From an uncultured SAR86 cluster bacterium (GTDB lineage: Bacteria; Pseudomonadota; Gammaproteobacteria; Magnimaribacterales; D2472): 64,000 nucleotides of DNA. Under the pieces are notes generated by a model. That model had not been told where the DNA came from. It saw only the letters and a list, made by a program, of their open reading frames with translations, and ran no database searches. The stretch is taken from contig CACDVW010000001.1 in assembly GCA_902556355.1 (NCBI GenBank), forward strand, positions 5,164-69,163, given 5' to 3'. Both the position numbers and the translations under genes were made by a program. Positions 37,265 through 46,935 of the stretch are shown one piece after another. Every line of letters starts with the position of its first letter. The stretch's first letter is position 1.

Positions 37265-37518
37265 TGCAATATAACTGTCTTCTTTGAAAGTCTCTCTTTT
37301 TGATTATCAAAAAACTCGTCAAAATCACTTACATTACCACTCACACTTTCTATACCGGCCCTGATCATCTCCTTGGCAACAGAAAGTTCTTGTCCTTGAA
37401 GAAATTCCTTAGACTCATTTGAAAACTCAATTTTAACTATTGGGTTGTCTTGATCATCTGATCTTCTTAAGACAATAGTTCCGTCTGGTAGTTGAGCTAG
37501 TTCTAAGTAATTTGACAT
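37261..37518 (-). CDS. Hypothetical small acidic protein
   Basis: 85-aa ORF convergent with lexA; the two overlap by 4 nt. No family recognised. Confidence 0.5.
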   Translation of the reverse strand: MSNYLELAQLPDGTIVLRRSDDQDNPIVKIEFSNESKEFLQGQELSVAKEMIRAGIESVSGNVSDFDEFFDNQKERLSKKTVILH

Positions 37519-37540
37519 AATTTCTCCGTATTAATGAAGC

Positions 37541-37987
37541 TTAACACTCCTCAAGGGTTTTGCGAAGCAACAATATAAAGCTTTTATATTTATCTAATAT
37601 CGAATTTAGTTTTTTCAAGTTAATAGGATCATTTGAAGCAATTATTGATGTATCAATTGGTATTAAAAGTTTATCTTTTGCTATCAATATATCTGATAAA
37701 AATCCATCATCACCCATCTCTCTTTTTATAATGTTTGCAAGAGACGCTTCATTGGATAGCAGCTTCCACTTAGAATAGTAATTAAGATCGTGAAAGTTTG
37801 AAATATTTAAATTTAATTCTGTATGCAAATTAATTGCAAACTGATCAATGCTTTGCTCAAGAGAGGAAAAAAATAAATATTTATTATTTTGATTTAAATT
37901 ATTGTCAACTAAGATTTGGTCACAGATATCTATATATAGATTAACTAATTCTTTTGCGCTCACTAACTTTTGAGGTTTTGAACCCAC
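37541..37987 (-). CDS. Hypothetical protein
   Basis: 148-aa ORF downstream of topA (25-nt overlap, start uncertain). No family recognised. Confidence 0.45.
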   Translation of the reverse strand: MGSKPQKLVSAKELVNLYIDICDQILVDNNLNQNNKYLFFSSLEQSIDQFAINLHTELNLNISNFHDLNYYSKWKLLSNEASLANIIKREMGDDGFLSDILIAKDKLLIPIDTSIIASNDPINLKKLNSILDKYKSFILLLRKTLEEC

Positions 37988-40578
37988 TCTCCATTAGTAT
38001 AAACAGCAGTCCATTTTGTTTTTTTGCCATCTTTTTCAGATGCTAAGTAGTGAACATCTTCAGATTTGTTATATCTTATGACATAAGGATTGCCATCTCT
38101 GTCTTTTTCTGGAGCACTCATAAGATAAGAATGCTTATCGGTATTTGGAAGAAATCTGCAGGCTTCTAAAATTTCATTTGATAAATTATTAATTTCTGAA
38201 ACCTTTGGAGCTCTAGTCTCTCTATTTTTGGGGTACTTGCTTGCGGCTAAGAACAAACCCTTCATGCTGTCTCTAAGAAGATAATGATCCTCACACTTTA
38301 AACATGACAAATCAGGCAAAGAAATAGGTTCCATCATTAATGGTTTTGGCTCACCATTTCTTTGCAATGCCCTAGTGGCACCGCAATTATCATTAAGGCA
38401 ACCAAAGTACTTACCAAATCTTCCAGTTTTTAATTGCATTTCTGAGCCGCATTTATGACATTCCAGTGTTGGGCCGTCATAACCTTTGATTTTGAATTGC
38501 CCCTCTTCAACAAGGTAGCCGTTACAATCCGGATTTTTGCCGCAAACATGAAGTTTTCTATTTTCATCAATAAGGTAGTTGTCCATACTGGTGTCGCACT
38601 TAGGACATCTTTTTTTGATTAATAAATTTTCAGCTTCTTCAGTATCATCAACACTGACTGCTTCATCACCAGAAACAAGATTTAAAGTTTCCTTACATTT
38701 ATCATCGCCAGTATTTTGATATCCAGAGCAACCAAGAAAAACACCATTTGAAGAATTTCTTATAACCATGTTGGTTTTACCGCATGGACATATAATGTCT
38801 GTTGAAGTTGGTCTATTACCTCTCATTCCAGTATCTTCATCTGATGCTGAAGCTAAATCAGTTTTAAATGATGCATAAAAATCATCTAATACGTTTCTCC
38901 AATCGATTTCACCTTGCGCTACTCTATCTAAGTTATTTTCTAAATTAGCAGTAAACTCATAATCCATAATGTCATCAAAACTTTCTAACAATCTTTCAGT
39001 TACTATGTGTCCGATTTTTTTAACAAAAAATCTCCTGTTTTGAATCTCGACATACCCTCGATCTTGGATAGTAGAAATAATATTTGCATAAGTTGAAGGT
39101 CTGCCTATTCCTTTCTTTTCCAATTCTTTAACCAGGGCTGCTTCAGAGAATCTTGCAGGTGGTTTAGTAAATTTTTGTTCTAAATTAACTTCGTTTAATG
39201 TCAATACTTCTCCTTCATTCAATGGGGGCAAAATATCTTCACCATCTGATTTGGCAGGTTGAGAAACTTTTGTATAACCATCAAAGACCACCTCTCTGCC
39301 TTTAGCAGAAAAAGTGTATTCATCAATCATTATTTTTGCTGAAGTAGATAAATACTCTGCGTCAGGCATTTGACAGGCTATGTATTGCTGCCATATTAAT
39401 TGATAGAGTCTTTTTTCTTCTTCTGTTTGATTCAGCAAATCATTAGGTGTCAAAAAAGCATTAGTTGGTCTGATGGCTTCATGAGCTTCTTGAGCATTTT
39501 CTGATGTTGCATATATTCTGGGAGCATTAGTAAGATATTTATCACCAATTTTTTCATGAATATAATTTCTTGCATCTTGGATAGATTCTTTACTAAGACT
39601 TGGAGCATCTGTTCTCATATAAGTTATGTGGCCCGCTTCATATAACTTTTGTGCAACTCGCATGGTTCTTTTAACTGTAAAGCTTAACTTAGTGCTAGCA
39701 GCCTGTTGAAGAGTTGATGTAATGAATGGAGCTCTTGGCTTAGCCTTAACAGGCTTTTTTACTATCTCATTGATAGTTAATTCAGAATTATTAATTAAAT
39801 CTTGTATTTTTCTAGCTTCTTCTTCTTTTAATAATGGATCTGATTTTTTTCTATTTAGAGAAAAAGGTATAGATAGATCATTCTTGCCTAGGTTCAATGA
39901 AACTTCCCAAAACTCCTCAGGAATAAATTCTTGGATTAATCTTTCTCTTTCATCTAAAACTCTTAAGGCCACAGATTGCACTCTGCCTGCTGAAAGGCCT
40001 CTAGCAATTTTTTTCCATAGTAAGGGTGACAACTCAAAGCCAATTACCTTATCTAAGAATCTTCGAGCTCTATAGGCTTTTACTAAATCTAAATCAATTT
40101 CTTTTGGGTCAGCAAATGAATCAACAATTGCTGTTTTGGTAATCTGATTAAATCTAACTCTTGAGTATTCATATTTATCTGGCCCTAGAGCTTCTTTAAG
40201 GTGCCATGCAATTGCCTCACCCTCTCTATCTAAGTCAGTTGCTAAATAAATATGATCAACTTGTTTTGCTGCTTTTTTTAGATTTTTTATTACTTTCTCT
40301 TTTTCTGGAATAATTTGCCAATCAGCCGTCCATCCATTATCAGGATCAATACCCATTCTTCTTATTAATCTGTTTCTATCGTTGATAGCTTTTAATCTAA
40401 TTTTTTCTTCTGGACTCACATCCTTTGGGATGGATGCTCTTTTACTAGTTGGTGATGCTTTTTTTGGAAGATCTCTAATATGACCTACACTAGATTCAAC
40501 AATAAAATCATTACCCAAGTACTTAGATATTGTTTTAGCTTTTGCTGGAGATTCAACGATTACTAATGATTTTGCCAT
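37963..40578 (-). CDS. topA: DNA topoisomerase I
   Basis: TOPRIM N-terminus (LVIVESPAKAKTI), the active-site region, and C-terminal Cys4 Zn-ribbon repeats. Confidence 0.95.
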   Translation of the reverse strand: MAKSLVIVESPAKAKTISKYLGNDFIVESSVGHIRDLPKKASPTSKRASIPKDVSPEEKIRLKAINDRNRLIRRMGIDPDNGWTADWQIIPEKEKVIKNLKKAAKQVDHIYLATDLDREGEAIAWHLKEALGPDKYEYSRVRFNQITKTAIVDSFADPKEIDLDLVKAYRARRFLDKVIGFELSPLLWKKIARGLSAGRVQSVALRVLDERERLIQEFIPEEFWEVSLNLGKNDLSIPFSLNRKKSDPLLKEEEARKIQDLINNSELTINEIVKKPVKAKPRAPFITSTLQQAASTKLSFTVKRTMRVAQKLYEAGHITYMRTDAPSLSKESIQDARNYIHEKIGDKYLTNAPRIYATSENAQEAHEAIRPTNAFLTPNDLLNQTEEEKRLYQLIWQQYIACQMPDAEYLSTSAKIMIDEYTFSAKGREVVFDGYTKVSQPAKSDGEDILPPLNEGEVLTLNEVNLEQKFTKPPARFSEAALVKELEKKGIGRPSTYANIISTIQDRGYVEIQNRRFFVKKIGHIVTERLLESFDDIMDYEFTANLENNLDRVAQGEIDWRNVLDDFYASFKTDLASASDEDTGMRGNRPTSTDIICPCGKTNMVIRNSSNGVFLGCSGYQNTGDDKCKETLNLVSGDEAVSVDDTEEAENLLIKKRCPKCDTSMDNYLIDENRKLHVCGKNPDCNGYLVEEGQFKIKGYDGPTLECHKCGSEMQLKTGRFGKYFGCLNDNCGATRALQRNGEPKPLMMEPISLPDLSCLKCEDHYLLRDSMKGLFLAASKYPKNRETRAPKVSEINNLSNEILEACRFLPNTDKHSYLMSAPEKDRDGNPYVIRYNKSEDVHYLASEKDGKKTKWTAVYTNGEWVQNLKS

Positions 40579-40637
40579 AATAAATAATTTGTTCCTTTTT
40601 TAGAAATACCATTAATTAGTTTGGTTTGACAAGAGTT

Positions 40638-41072
40638 TTAGAAAACTTTTAATAAATTTAAAATCTTTTCAAGTTCAGTAATGCCTGCTTTTTCTCTCCA
40701 AATAAAAGCTACAACAGAGTTTGAAAATATTATCTCTAACACATTAGATGAAAGAGAACTTAGCTTACTTTTTATCTCGTCATACTCATCTGAGTACTTC
40801 AACTTGAGAGGAGAATACAAAATTAATTCATCTTTGTCTCTAATAAAATGAGCTTCTTTTAAATTTGTTTCATTTTTAAGAGAGTAAATCATTAAGTTTA
40901 CATCTTTATTTTTAAACGAATTTTTACCAATATTTGATGGTACGATTTTTAACCCCAGTCTCGATGCATTCAATCTTAATTCTGAAATTTTCTTTGAAGA
41001 CTTTGATGGTAATGCAAAACCAATAGTTCCAATTAGAAAAGATATAACAACAAAAATAATTAATAATTCCAT
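40638..41072 (-). CDS. Hypothetical membrane-anchored protein
   Basis: 144 aa with an N-terminal TM segment. No family recognised. Confidence 0.5.
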   Translation of the reverse strand: MELLIIFVVISFLIGTIGFALPSKSSKKISELRLNASRLGLKIVPSNIGKNSFKNKDVNLMIYSLKNETNLKEAHFIRDKDELILYSPLKLKYSDEYDEIKSKLSSLSSNVLEIIFSNSVVAFIWREKAGITELEKILNLLKVF

Positions 41073-41079
41073 TAACTTA

Positions 41080-42063
41080 TTAATTTAATATGTCGCTAAC
41101 GATTTGAGGCCCATTGATTATAAAACCTGTATAAATTTGAACCAGTGATGCGCCTGATGCAAGCTTATTATCAAAATCTAGCTTATTCATAACTCCGCCA
41201 ACACCAATAATTGGAAGTTCAGGAAATTCTTCATTTATCTTTTTCAATAAAGATGTAGATCTTTCCATCAAAGGGCTGCCTGATAAGCCACCTTGGAAGT
41301 CTTTATATTTTGAATTCTTAAGCATCTCTCGATTTGTTGTTGTGTTTGATATTATCAAACCAGTTAAACTTGAATTTTTTATATATTCAGCAGTGCTTTT
41401 AATTACTTCATATGGTTCGTCAGGAGATATTTTAATAAAGATGGGTTTAATGAAATTTAGTTCTATAACTCTTTGCTCTAAGGAATCTATAAGGTTTTTA
41501 ATATGCTTATCTTCATGAAGATTTCTTAACCCTGGAGTATTAGGAGAGGAAATATTTATAGTTATATAGTCAGAGTATTCTGCAACTTTATCAAAACAAA
41601 TCAGATAATCATTGGTTCTTTGTTGAGCTTCAGATGTTTTATTTGCTCCAATATTTACCCCAACAACACCATTGTATTTTCTTTTTTTTAGATTCTTTAC
41701 AAGATAATCCACACCTTTATTGTTAAAGCCAAGTCTATTAATTACTGCTTGTTCATCAAATAGCCTAAATACTCTAGGCTTGGGATTACCCTTTTGGGGT
41801 AGTGGTGTTACCGTACCCACTTCAAGAAATCCAAAACCCAAGGCACCAAGTGAGTCTATATAATCACCATTTTTATCTAGTCCTGCTGCAGTTCCAAGCC
41901 TATTTTTAAAACTAAGATTCAAATATTCGAAGTTATTTTTTTTATCGATAGGGAATAGAAAATTTAAGATTTTTAATTTATGTAAAACCTTTAATAAAAA
42001 AAGAGCGATCTTATGAGAGGCCTCAGGTGGAAAAATTTTAATTATCTTTAGAATTAACTTCAT
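41080..42063 (-). CDS. pyrD: Dihydroorotate dehydrogenase (quinone)
   Basis: Class 2 DHODH motifs (GLDKNG, GFLEVGTVTP, NISSPNTPGLR). The start was chosen at MKLILKIIKIFPPEASH and is uncertain; the track start is 42105. Confidence 0.9.
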   Translation of the reverse strand: MKLILKIIKIFPPEASHKIALFLLKVLHKLKILNFLFPIDKKNNFEYLNLSFKNRLGTAAGLDKNGDYIDSLGALGFGFLEVGTVTPLPQKGNPKPRVFRLFDEQAVINRLGFNNKGVDYLVKNLKKRKYNGVVGVNIGANKTSEAQQRTNDYLICFDKVAEYSDYITINISSPNTPGLRNLHEDKHIKNLIDSLEQRVIELNFIKPIFIKISPDEPYEVIKSTAEYIKNSSLTGLIISNTTTNREMLKNSKYKDFQGGLSGSPLMERSTSLLKKINEEFPELPIIGVGGVMNKLDFDNKLASGASLVQIYTGFIINGPQIVSDILN

Positions 42064-42925
42064 TAATGTTTTGGATGTAGCTTTTAATATCATCCTTGAG
42101 ATCATTATCTCTCAAAGAAATAGCAATAGTGGCCTCTACAAAACCTTTTTTGCTCCCACAATCAAATTTCTCACCATGATACATAGCAGCTAAAATTTTC
42201 TCTTTGGATAACATGGATTTTATTGCATCAGTTAATTGGATTTCATCTGAGCCATCAGCATGAGTTTTTTCTAAAAATTCAAAAATAGTACTATTTAATA
42301 TATATCTTCCGCATACAGCAATATCGGAAGGAGCCTCAACTCTAGATGGTTTCTCTATAATATTATTAATTTCCATGTAGTTACCTTCTACTTTACCTGG
42401 ATCAATAACTCCATATTTGTGAATATTATGAGGATCTATCTTGTTAACAGCAATAACTGAATTGCCAGTTTCTTTATAGATTGAAGTGAGTTGAGAAAGG
42501 CAACTTATATCTGAAAAAAATAAATCATCGGGAAGAAGAATCGCAAATGGCTCATCTTGAATATAATCTTTAGCAAGCAAAATTGCATGCCCCAAACCTT
42601 TTTGTTCATCTTGATTTATATACTTAAAATCTATTTCACCAAAAATATTGGGGTTTGCTAATTCAGCAAGCATATCTTTACCAGAATTCCTTAATTTATT
42701 GTCGATGACCTGGTTGAAATCAAAATGTTTTTTTATTGAATATTTTGATGGACTTGTAATAAAAATAATTTCTTCAATACCAATTTCTATTGCTTCTTCA
42801 ACAGCATATTGAACCAACGGCTTGTCAATAATTGGCAGCATCTCTTTAGGTGTTGCCTTTGAAGCGGGTAGAAACCTAGTACCAAGACCAGCAACTGGCA
42901 ATACTGCTTTTTTTATTTTATTCAT
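42038..42925 (-). CDS. galU: UTP--glucose-1-phosphate uridylyltransferase
   Basis: KAVLPVAGLGTRFLPASKATPKEMLP motif. Confidence 0.9.
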   Translation of the reverse strand: MNKIKKAVLPVAGLGTRFLPASKATPKEMLPIIDKPLVQYAVEEAIEIGIEEIIFITSPSKYSIKKHFDFNQVIDNKLRNSGKDMLAELANPNIFGEIDFKYINQDEQKGLGHAILLAKDYIQDEPFAILLPDDLFFSDISCLSQLTSIYKETGNSVIAVNKIDPHNIHKYGVIDPGKVEGNYMEINNIIEKPSRVEAPSDIAVCGRYILNSTIFEFLEKTHADGSDEIQLTDAIKSMLSKEKILAAMYHGEKFDCGSKKGFVEATIAISLRDNDLKDDIKSYIQNINEVNSKDN

Positions 42926-43553
42926 TTATGTCTCTAATAAAAACATATCTGGTTATCATGGCAAAAATTATACCTGATATCAGTCCACCAAGATGAGCAT
43001 AATTTGCTACATTACCAAAACCAAATAAATTCAGTATTCCAAGAAAACCAAGAATCAACCAAATCAACATAAATAAATAAAGTGCTGGAGGTAGATCATA
43101 TCTTTCTTGTTTAGTATCAATCTCTATTATCATGCAATATCCAAGCAAACCATAAATAACTCCTGAAAGTCCACCAAACAGAGCAGATCCACCAAAAAAA
43201 TGTTGTCCTAAATTTGAAATAATAGATGAAAAAATTACTAAATTTATAAATGTTATATGTCCATCAATCTGCTCAATTTTTGAACCAAGCACATAAATCC
43301 ACAAACAGTTAAAAATTAAATGAGTTAATGAAAAATGAATAAACATAGGAGTTATTAGTCTCCACCATTCATTATTTTGTATATACGTGGTTTCAAGAGA
43401 GTTAAAGCTCACATAACCATTTTGATAGGAACCTAGATCAATTTTAACAAAGGTAAAAGGCTCTACAATGGCTATGATTGATCCATAATTGGATAAAAAG
43501 GCAATTAACATTGATATCAATATTATTGGCATATGGAAATTTCTAATATTCAC
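42918..43553 (-). CDS. Rhomboid-family intramembrane serine protease
   Basis: Multi-TM protein with GGLSGVIYGL (GxSG) and a downstream AHLGG His motif. The GTG start lies inside the 8-bp tandem repeat. Confidence 0.8.
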   Translation of the reverse strand: MNIRNFHMPIILISMLIAFLSNYGSIIAIVEPFTFVKIDLGSYQNGYVSFNSLETTYIQNNEWWRLITPMFIHFSLTHLIFNCLWIYVLGSKIEQIDGHITFINLVIFSSIISNLGQHFFGGSALFGGLSGVIYGLLGYCMIIEIDTKQERYDLPPALYLFMLIWLILGFLGILNLFGFGNVANYAHLGGLISGIIFAMITRYVFIRDINE

Positions 43554-43582
43554 TTATTCACTTATTCACTTATTCACTTATT
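43551..43582. repeat. Perfect octanucleotide tandem repeat (CACTTATT)x4
   Basis: Read directly from the sequence. On the minus strand it is (AATAAGTG)x4. It spans the nadK stop codon and the rhomboid GTG start. Confidence 0.9.
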
Positions 43583-44444
43583 ATTTTTTAGAAATATCTA
43601 AACTCCAACCCAGCTTTTCTCTGCAGGCTTCAAAAAAATCATTATTAAGTGGGTGAACTAATCTAAGCTTATTATCCATTTTAGAAATAACTATATCTTT
43701 AGCATATGGTGCATTCTCATCCTCTTGACCATCTGCACATATCTTGGCTTCTTTCATAGGCCCACTTATTAAATTGATTGTTACATTTTCATCTGAAGAT
43801 ATTACAAAGGGTCTTGATGAAATACTTTGGGGAAGCATTGGTAATATTGTCCAAACATCAAGTGCAGGATGAATAATTGGCCCACCAGCAGATAGAGCAT
43901 ATGCAGTTGATCCAGTTGGTGTTGCAATAATTAGACCATCAGACCTTTGTTCATAAACAATTTTATTATTTACTGATAACCTATATCTCATCAATTGTGT
44001 GTAGCCACCAGAATGAATTACTATCTCATTTAAACCATAAACTGTTTTATTGGCAAAAGTTGCGCTAACAAGATTTCTTTCTTCTACCTGGCAATTACCA
44101 TTTAAAACATCTTGAATTATTGATTCGAAATCTTGAGTTTTAACATCAGTTAAAAATCCAACGGTTCCCATATTAATACCAAGAATTGGTATATCGTATT
44201 CTAAATACTTTCTAGCTGATCTTAGAAGAGTTCCATCGCCACCAAAGACAATTATCAAGTCAACTGTAGATGCAAATTCGTTATGTTTAAGAACTGTTAA
44301 AGAATTATTTTTATATTTTGATGTTTCTTCAATAAAAATATTTGAAGTATGTTTGATTAAGGATGAAATTAAAACATCAAGACCATGAGAGTCTATACCC
44401 TCATCTGTTTTTTCTTTTACGTAGATGCCAATATTTTTAAACAT
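43581..44444 (-). CDS. nadK: NAD kinase
   Basis: GGDGTLL motif and a C-terminal NAD kinase fold pattern (ATPTGSTAYALSAGGPI). Confidence 0.9.
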   Translation of the reverse strand: MFKNIGIYVKEKTDEGIDSHGLDVLISSLIKHTSNIFIEETSKYKNNSLTVLKHNEFASTVDLIIVFGGDGTLLRSARKYLEYDIPILGINMGTVGFLTDVKTQDFESIIQDVLNGNCQVEERNLVSATFANKTVYGLNEIVIHSGGYTQLMRYRLSVNNKIVYEQRSDGLIIATPTGSTAYALSAGGPIIHPALDVWTILPMLPQSISSRPFVISSDENVTINLISGPMKEAKICADGQEDENAPYAKDIVISKMDNKLRLVHPLNNDFFEACREKLGWSLDISKK

Positions 44445-44581
44445 GCGCTTATTATACTATTTCAATCAATTCATAAGGAAAGAATATAGATATCGTTGAT
44501 AAATTTTGAACATTTTAAACCTTTTGAACTAAATCAAGTTTGCTATAGAATGATTTACTCTACAAAAATATATATAAAAAT

Positions 44582-45772
44582 ATGCAAAATTTAGAAGAAT
44601 TCAGAAACGAAGTTAAAGAATGGCTAGATAAAAATTGCCCACCATCAATGAGAAGTGGTGCAGATCCATCTATTCCAGTTGATGAGGTTTGGGGAGGAAG
44701 AAAAGCAGAATATAAAAATCCTGAATCTAAAATTTGGCTTGATAGGATGGGTGCTAAAGGATGGACAATGCCAACGGTTCCCAAAGAATATGGTGGTGGT
44801 GGACTAAATGCCGAACAAGTAACAATTCTGAATCAAGAAATGTTTGCAATTGGTGCTAAACAGCCTTTACTAAGTTTTGGTATTTGGATGCTTGCTCCAG
44901 TTTTACTTGAATACGGCTCAGAAGAGCAAAAAAAAGAACATCTACCAAAAATTATTAAAGGTGAAATTAGGTGGTGTCAGGGTTACTCAGAGCCTGGATC
45001 AGGATCTGATTTGGCCAGTCTTGCAACAAAAGCCGAAGATATTGGAGATCATTTTTTAGTAAATGGGCAAAAAGTATGGACATCATATGCAGATAAAGCT
45101 GATTGGATATTTGCGTTAGTTAGAACAGGCCCTAAAGAACCAAAGCATGATGGAATTAGTTTCCTCCTAATTGATATGGAAACGGCTGGGGTTAGTACAA
45201 AACCAATCACCTTGATATCGGGTAAATCACCTTTCTGTGAAACATTTTTTGATGATGTAAAAGTACCAAAAGAAAATCTTATTGGCCAGCTAAACGCCGG
45301 TTGGGCCATTGCTAAAGCATTACTTCAACATGAAAGAGCCTTCATATCTAGCTTTGGTCTTGGATCAGGTATGGGAAGTGGTAGAGATCTTGTTTCAATT
45401 GCTAAAAAGCATGTTGGTGAAGAAGATGGAAAGATAAGCAACGGGTTTTATAGGTCTCAAATAGCTTCTCATAAAATAAAAGAGCATGCTTTTGGATTAA
45501 CATTTAAAAGAGCAAAAGACGAAGGTGGAAAAGCTAGTGCAACTGCTTCAATGTTTAAACTCTACGGAACAGAACATAATAAAAAGCGCCATGAACTTAT
45601 GATTGCAGCCACTGGAATCAATGGAGTTGCCTGGGATGGAGATGAGTTTGATAAAGAAGATAAAAACCTTACTAGGGCGTGGTTAAGAACTAAAGGAAAT
45701 TCAATTGAAGGTGGTACTTCTGAAGTGCAATTAAATGTTATTTCTAAAAGAGTTTTAGGACTTCCAAGCTAG
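44582..45772 (+). CDS. Acyl-CoA dehydrogenase (FadE-type, first of a tandem pair)
   Basis: IRWCQGYSEPGSGSDLASL, and a C-terminal IEGGTSEVQ. Confidence 0.85.
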   Translation: MQNLEEFRNEVKEWLDKNCPPSMRSGADPSIPVDEVWGGRKAEYKNPESKIWLDRMGAKGWTMPTVPKEYGGGGLNAEQVTILNQEMFAIGAKQPLLSFGIWMLAPVLLEYGSEEQKKEHLPKIIKGEIRWCQGYSEPGSGSDLASLATKAEDIGDHFLVNGQKVWTSYADKADWIFALVRTGPKEPKHDGISFLLIDMETAGVSTKPITLISGKSPFCETFFDDVKVPKENLIGQLNAGWAIAKALLQHERAFISSFGLGSGMGSGRDLVSIAKKHVGEEDGKISNGFYRSQIASHKIKEHAFGLTFKRAKDEGGKASATASMFKLYGTEHNKKRHELMIAATGINGVAWDGDEFDKEDKNLTRAWLRTKGNSIEGGTSEVQLNVISKRVLGLPS

Positions 45773-45780
45773 AGTTTAAG

Positions 45781-46920
45781 ATGAAATTAGTACTAACAGA
45801 AGAACAAGAATTTCTAAGGGATACTGCAAAAGATTTTGCTCAAGAGAGAACACCAGTAACTCATTTTAGAGCTCTTAGAGATAATAAAGATAAAAACCTT
45901 TGGGATAGGGATATTTGGCAAGAAATGGTCAATTTAGGTTGGTCTGGAATACTAATACCTGAAGAATTTGGTGGTTCAAATTTTGGTGTTGCAGGCATAA
46001 GTGTAATTTTGCAAGAATGTGGTAAAACACTTACCCCTTCCCCTCTTTTTTCTACAGGTGTTTTAGGAGCTTATGCTATTTCAAACTTTGGAACTCAAGA
46101 GCAAAAAGAAAAATACCTCCCAAAAATAGTGAGTGGTGAAATTACTACAGCTCTGGCGGTTGACGAATCTAGCCATCATGACCCATTAAAAACATCATTT
46201 GAGGCAAAAAAAAATAACGAAGAGTATCTTCTAAATGGCAAGAAAACCTTTGTTATAGATGGTGCTAGTGCTGATATTTTGATTGTACTTGCAAGAACAT
46301 CTGGCAACTCTGGTGAATTAGCTGGATTGACTTTGTTTATTGTTGACGCAAATGCTGATGGTCTAAATATAATTAAGCTTGATATGGCTGATTCAAGAAA
46401 TTATGCAAATATTGAGTTCAATGACGTTAAATGCTCTAACCAAGAAATTTTAGGAACAGTAGAGACTGGTGGTGAAACAGTTGAAAGAATTCTTGATATT
46501 GGAAGAATAGCCATGTCAGCTGAAATGCTAGGCAATGCTGAGTCAGCTTTTGAAACAACAATTGAGTATCTTAAACAGAGAAAACAGTTTGGTGTGCTAA
46601 TTGGAACATTTCAGGCACTACAACATAGAGCAGCTGAAATGTTTTGTGAGATTGAGCTTACTAAGTCAGCAGTAATGGCAGCTGTTCAGGGCGCCGATGA
46701 AAACTCTAATGAACTCCAAAGATTGTCCAGTCTTGCTAAAACAATAGCTGGAGAAACTCTCCACCTAGTTTCTAATGAAGCAATTCAAATGCATGGTGGT
46801 ATTGGTGTGACAGATGAATATGATCTGGGGTTCTTTATAAAAAGGTCGAGAGTTGCTGAGCAAATATTTGGAAGTTCTACATATCATACTGAAAGATATG
46901 CTAATCTAAGCGGGTTTTAA
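45781..46920 (+). CDS. Acyl-CoA dehydrogenase family protein (second of a tandem pair)
   Basis: ACAD fold pattern (FQALQHRAAEM, HGGIGVTDEY). It starts 8 nt after the previous ACAD. Confidence 0.85.
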   Translation: MKLVLTEEQEFLRDTAKDFAQERTPVTHFRALRDNKDKNLWDRDIWQEMVNLGWSGILIPEEFGGSNFGVAGISVILQECGKTLTPSPLFSTGVLGAYAISNFGTQEQKEKYLPKIVSGEITTALAVDESSHHDPLKTSFEAKKNNEEYLLNGKKTFVIDGASADILIVLARTSGNSGELAGLTLFIVDANADGLNIIKLDMADSRNYANIEFNDVKCSNQEILGTVETGGETVERILDIGRIAMSAEMLGNAESAFETTIEYLKQRKQFGVLIGTFQALQHRAAEMFCEIELTKSAVMAAVQGADENSNELQRLSSLAKTIAGETLHLVSNEAIQMHGGIGVTDEYDLGFFIKRSRVAEQIFGSSTYHTERYANLSGF

Positions 46921-46935
46921 ATTTGAAAATTTGAT

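Noticed and set aside
43551-43582. The 8-bp tandem repeat as a CRISPR-like or minisatellite array
   Set aside because: The units are contiguous with no spacers and the total length is only 32 bp, so this is a simple microsatellite.
44560-44784. 74-aa minus-strand ORF
   Set aside because: It overlaps the 5' end of the acyl-CoA dehydrogenase gene on the opposite strand and has no support.
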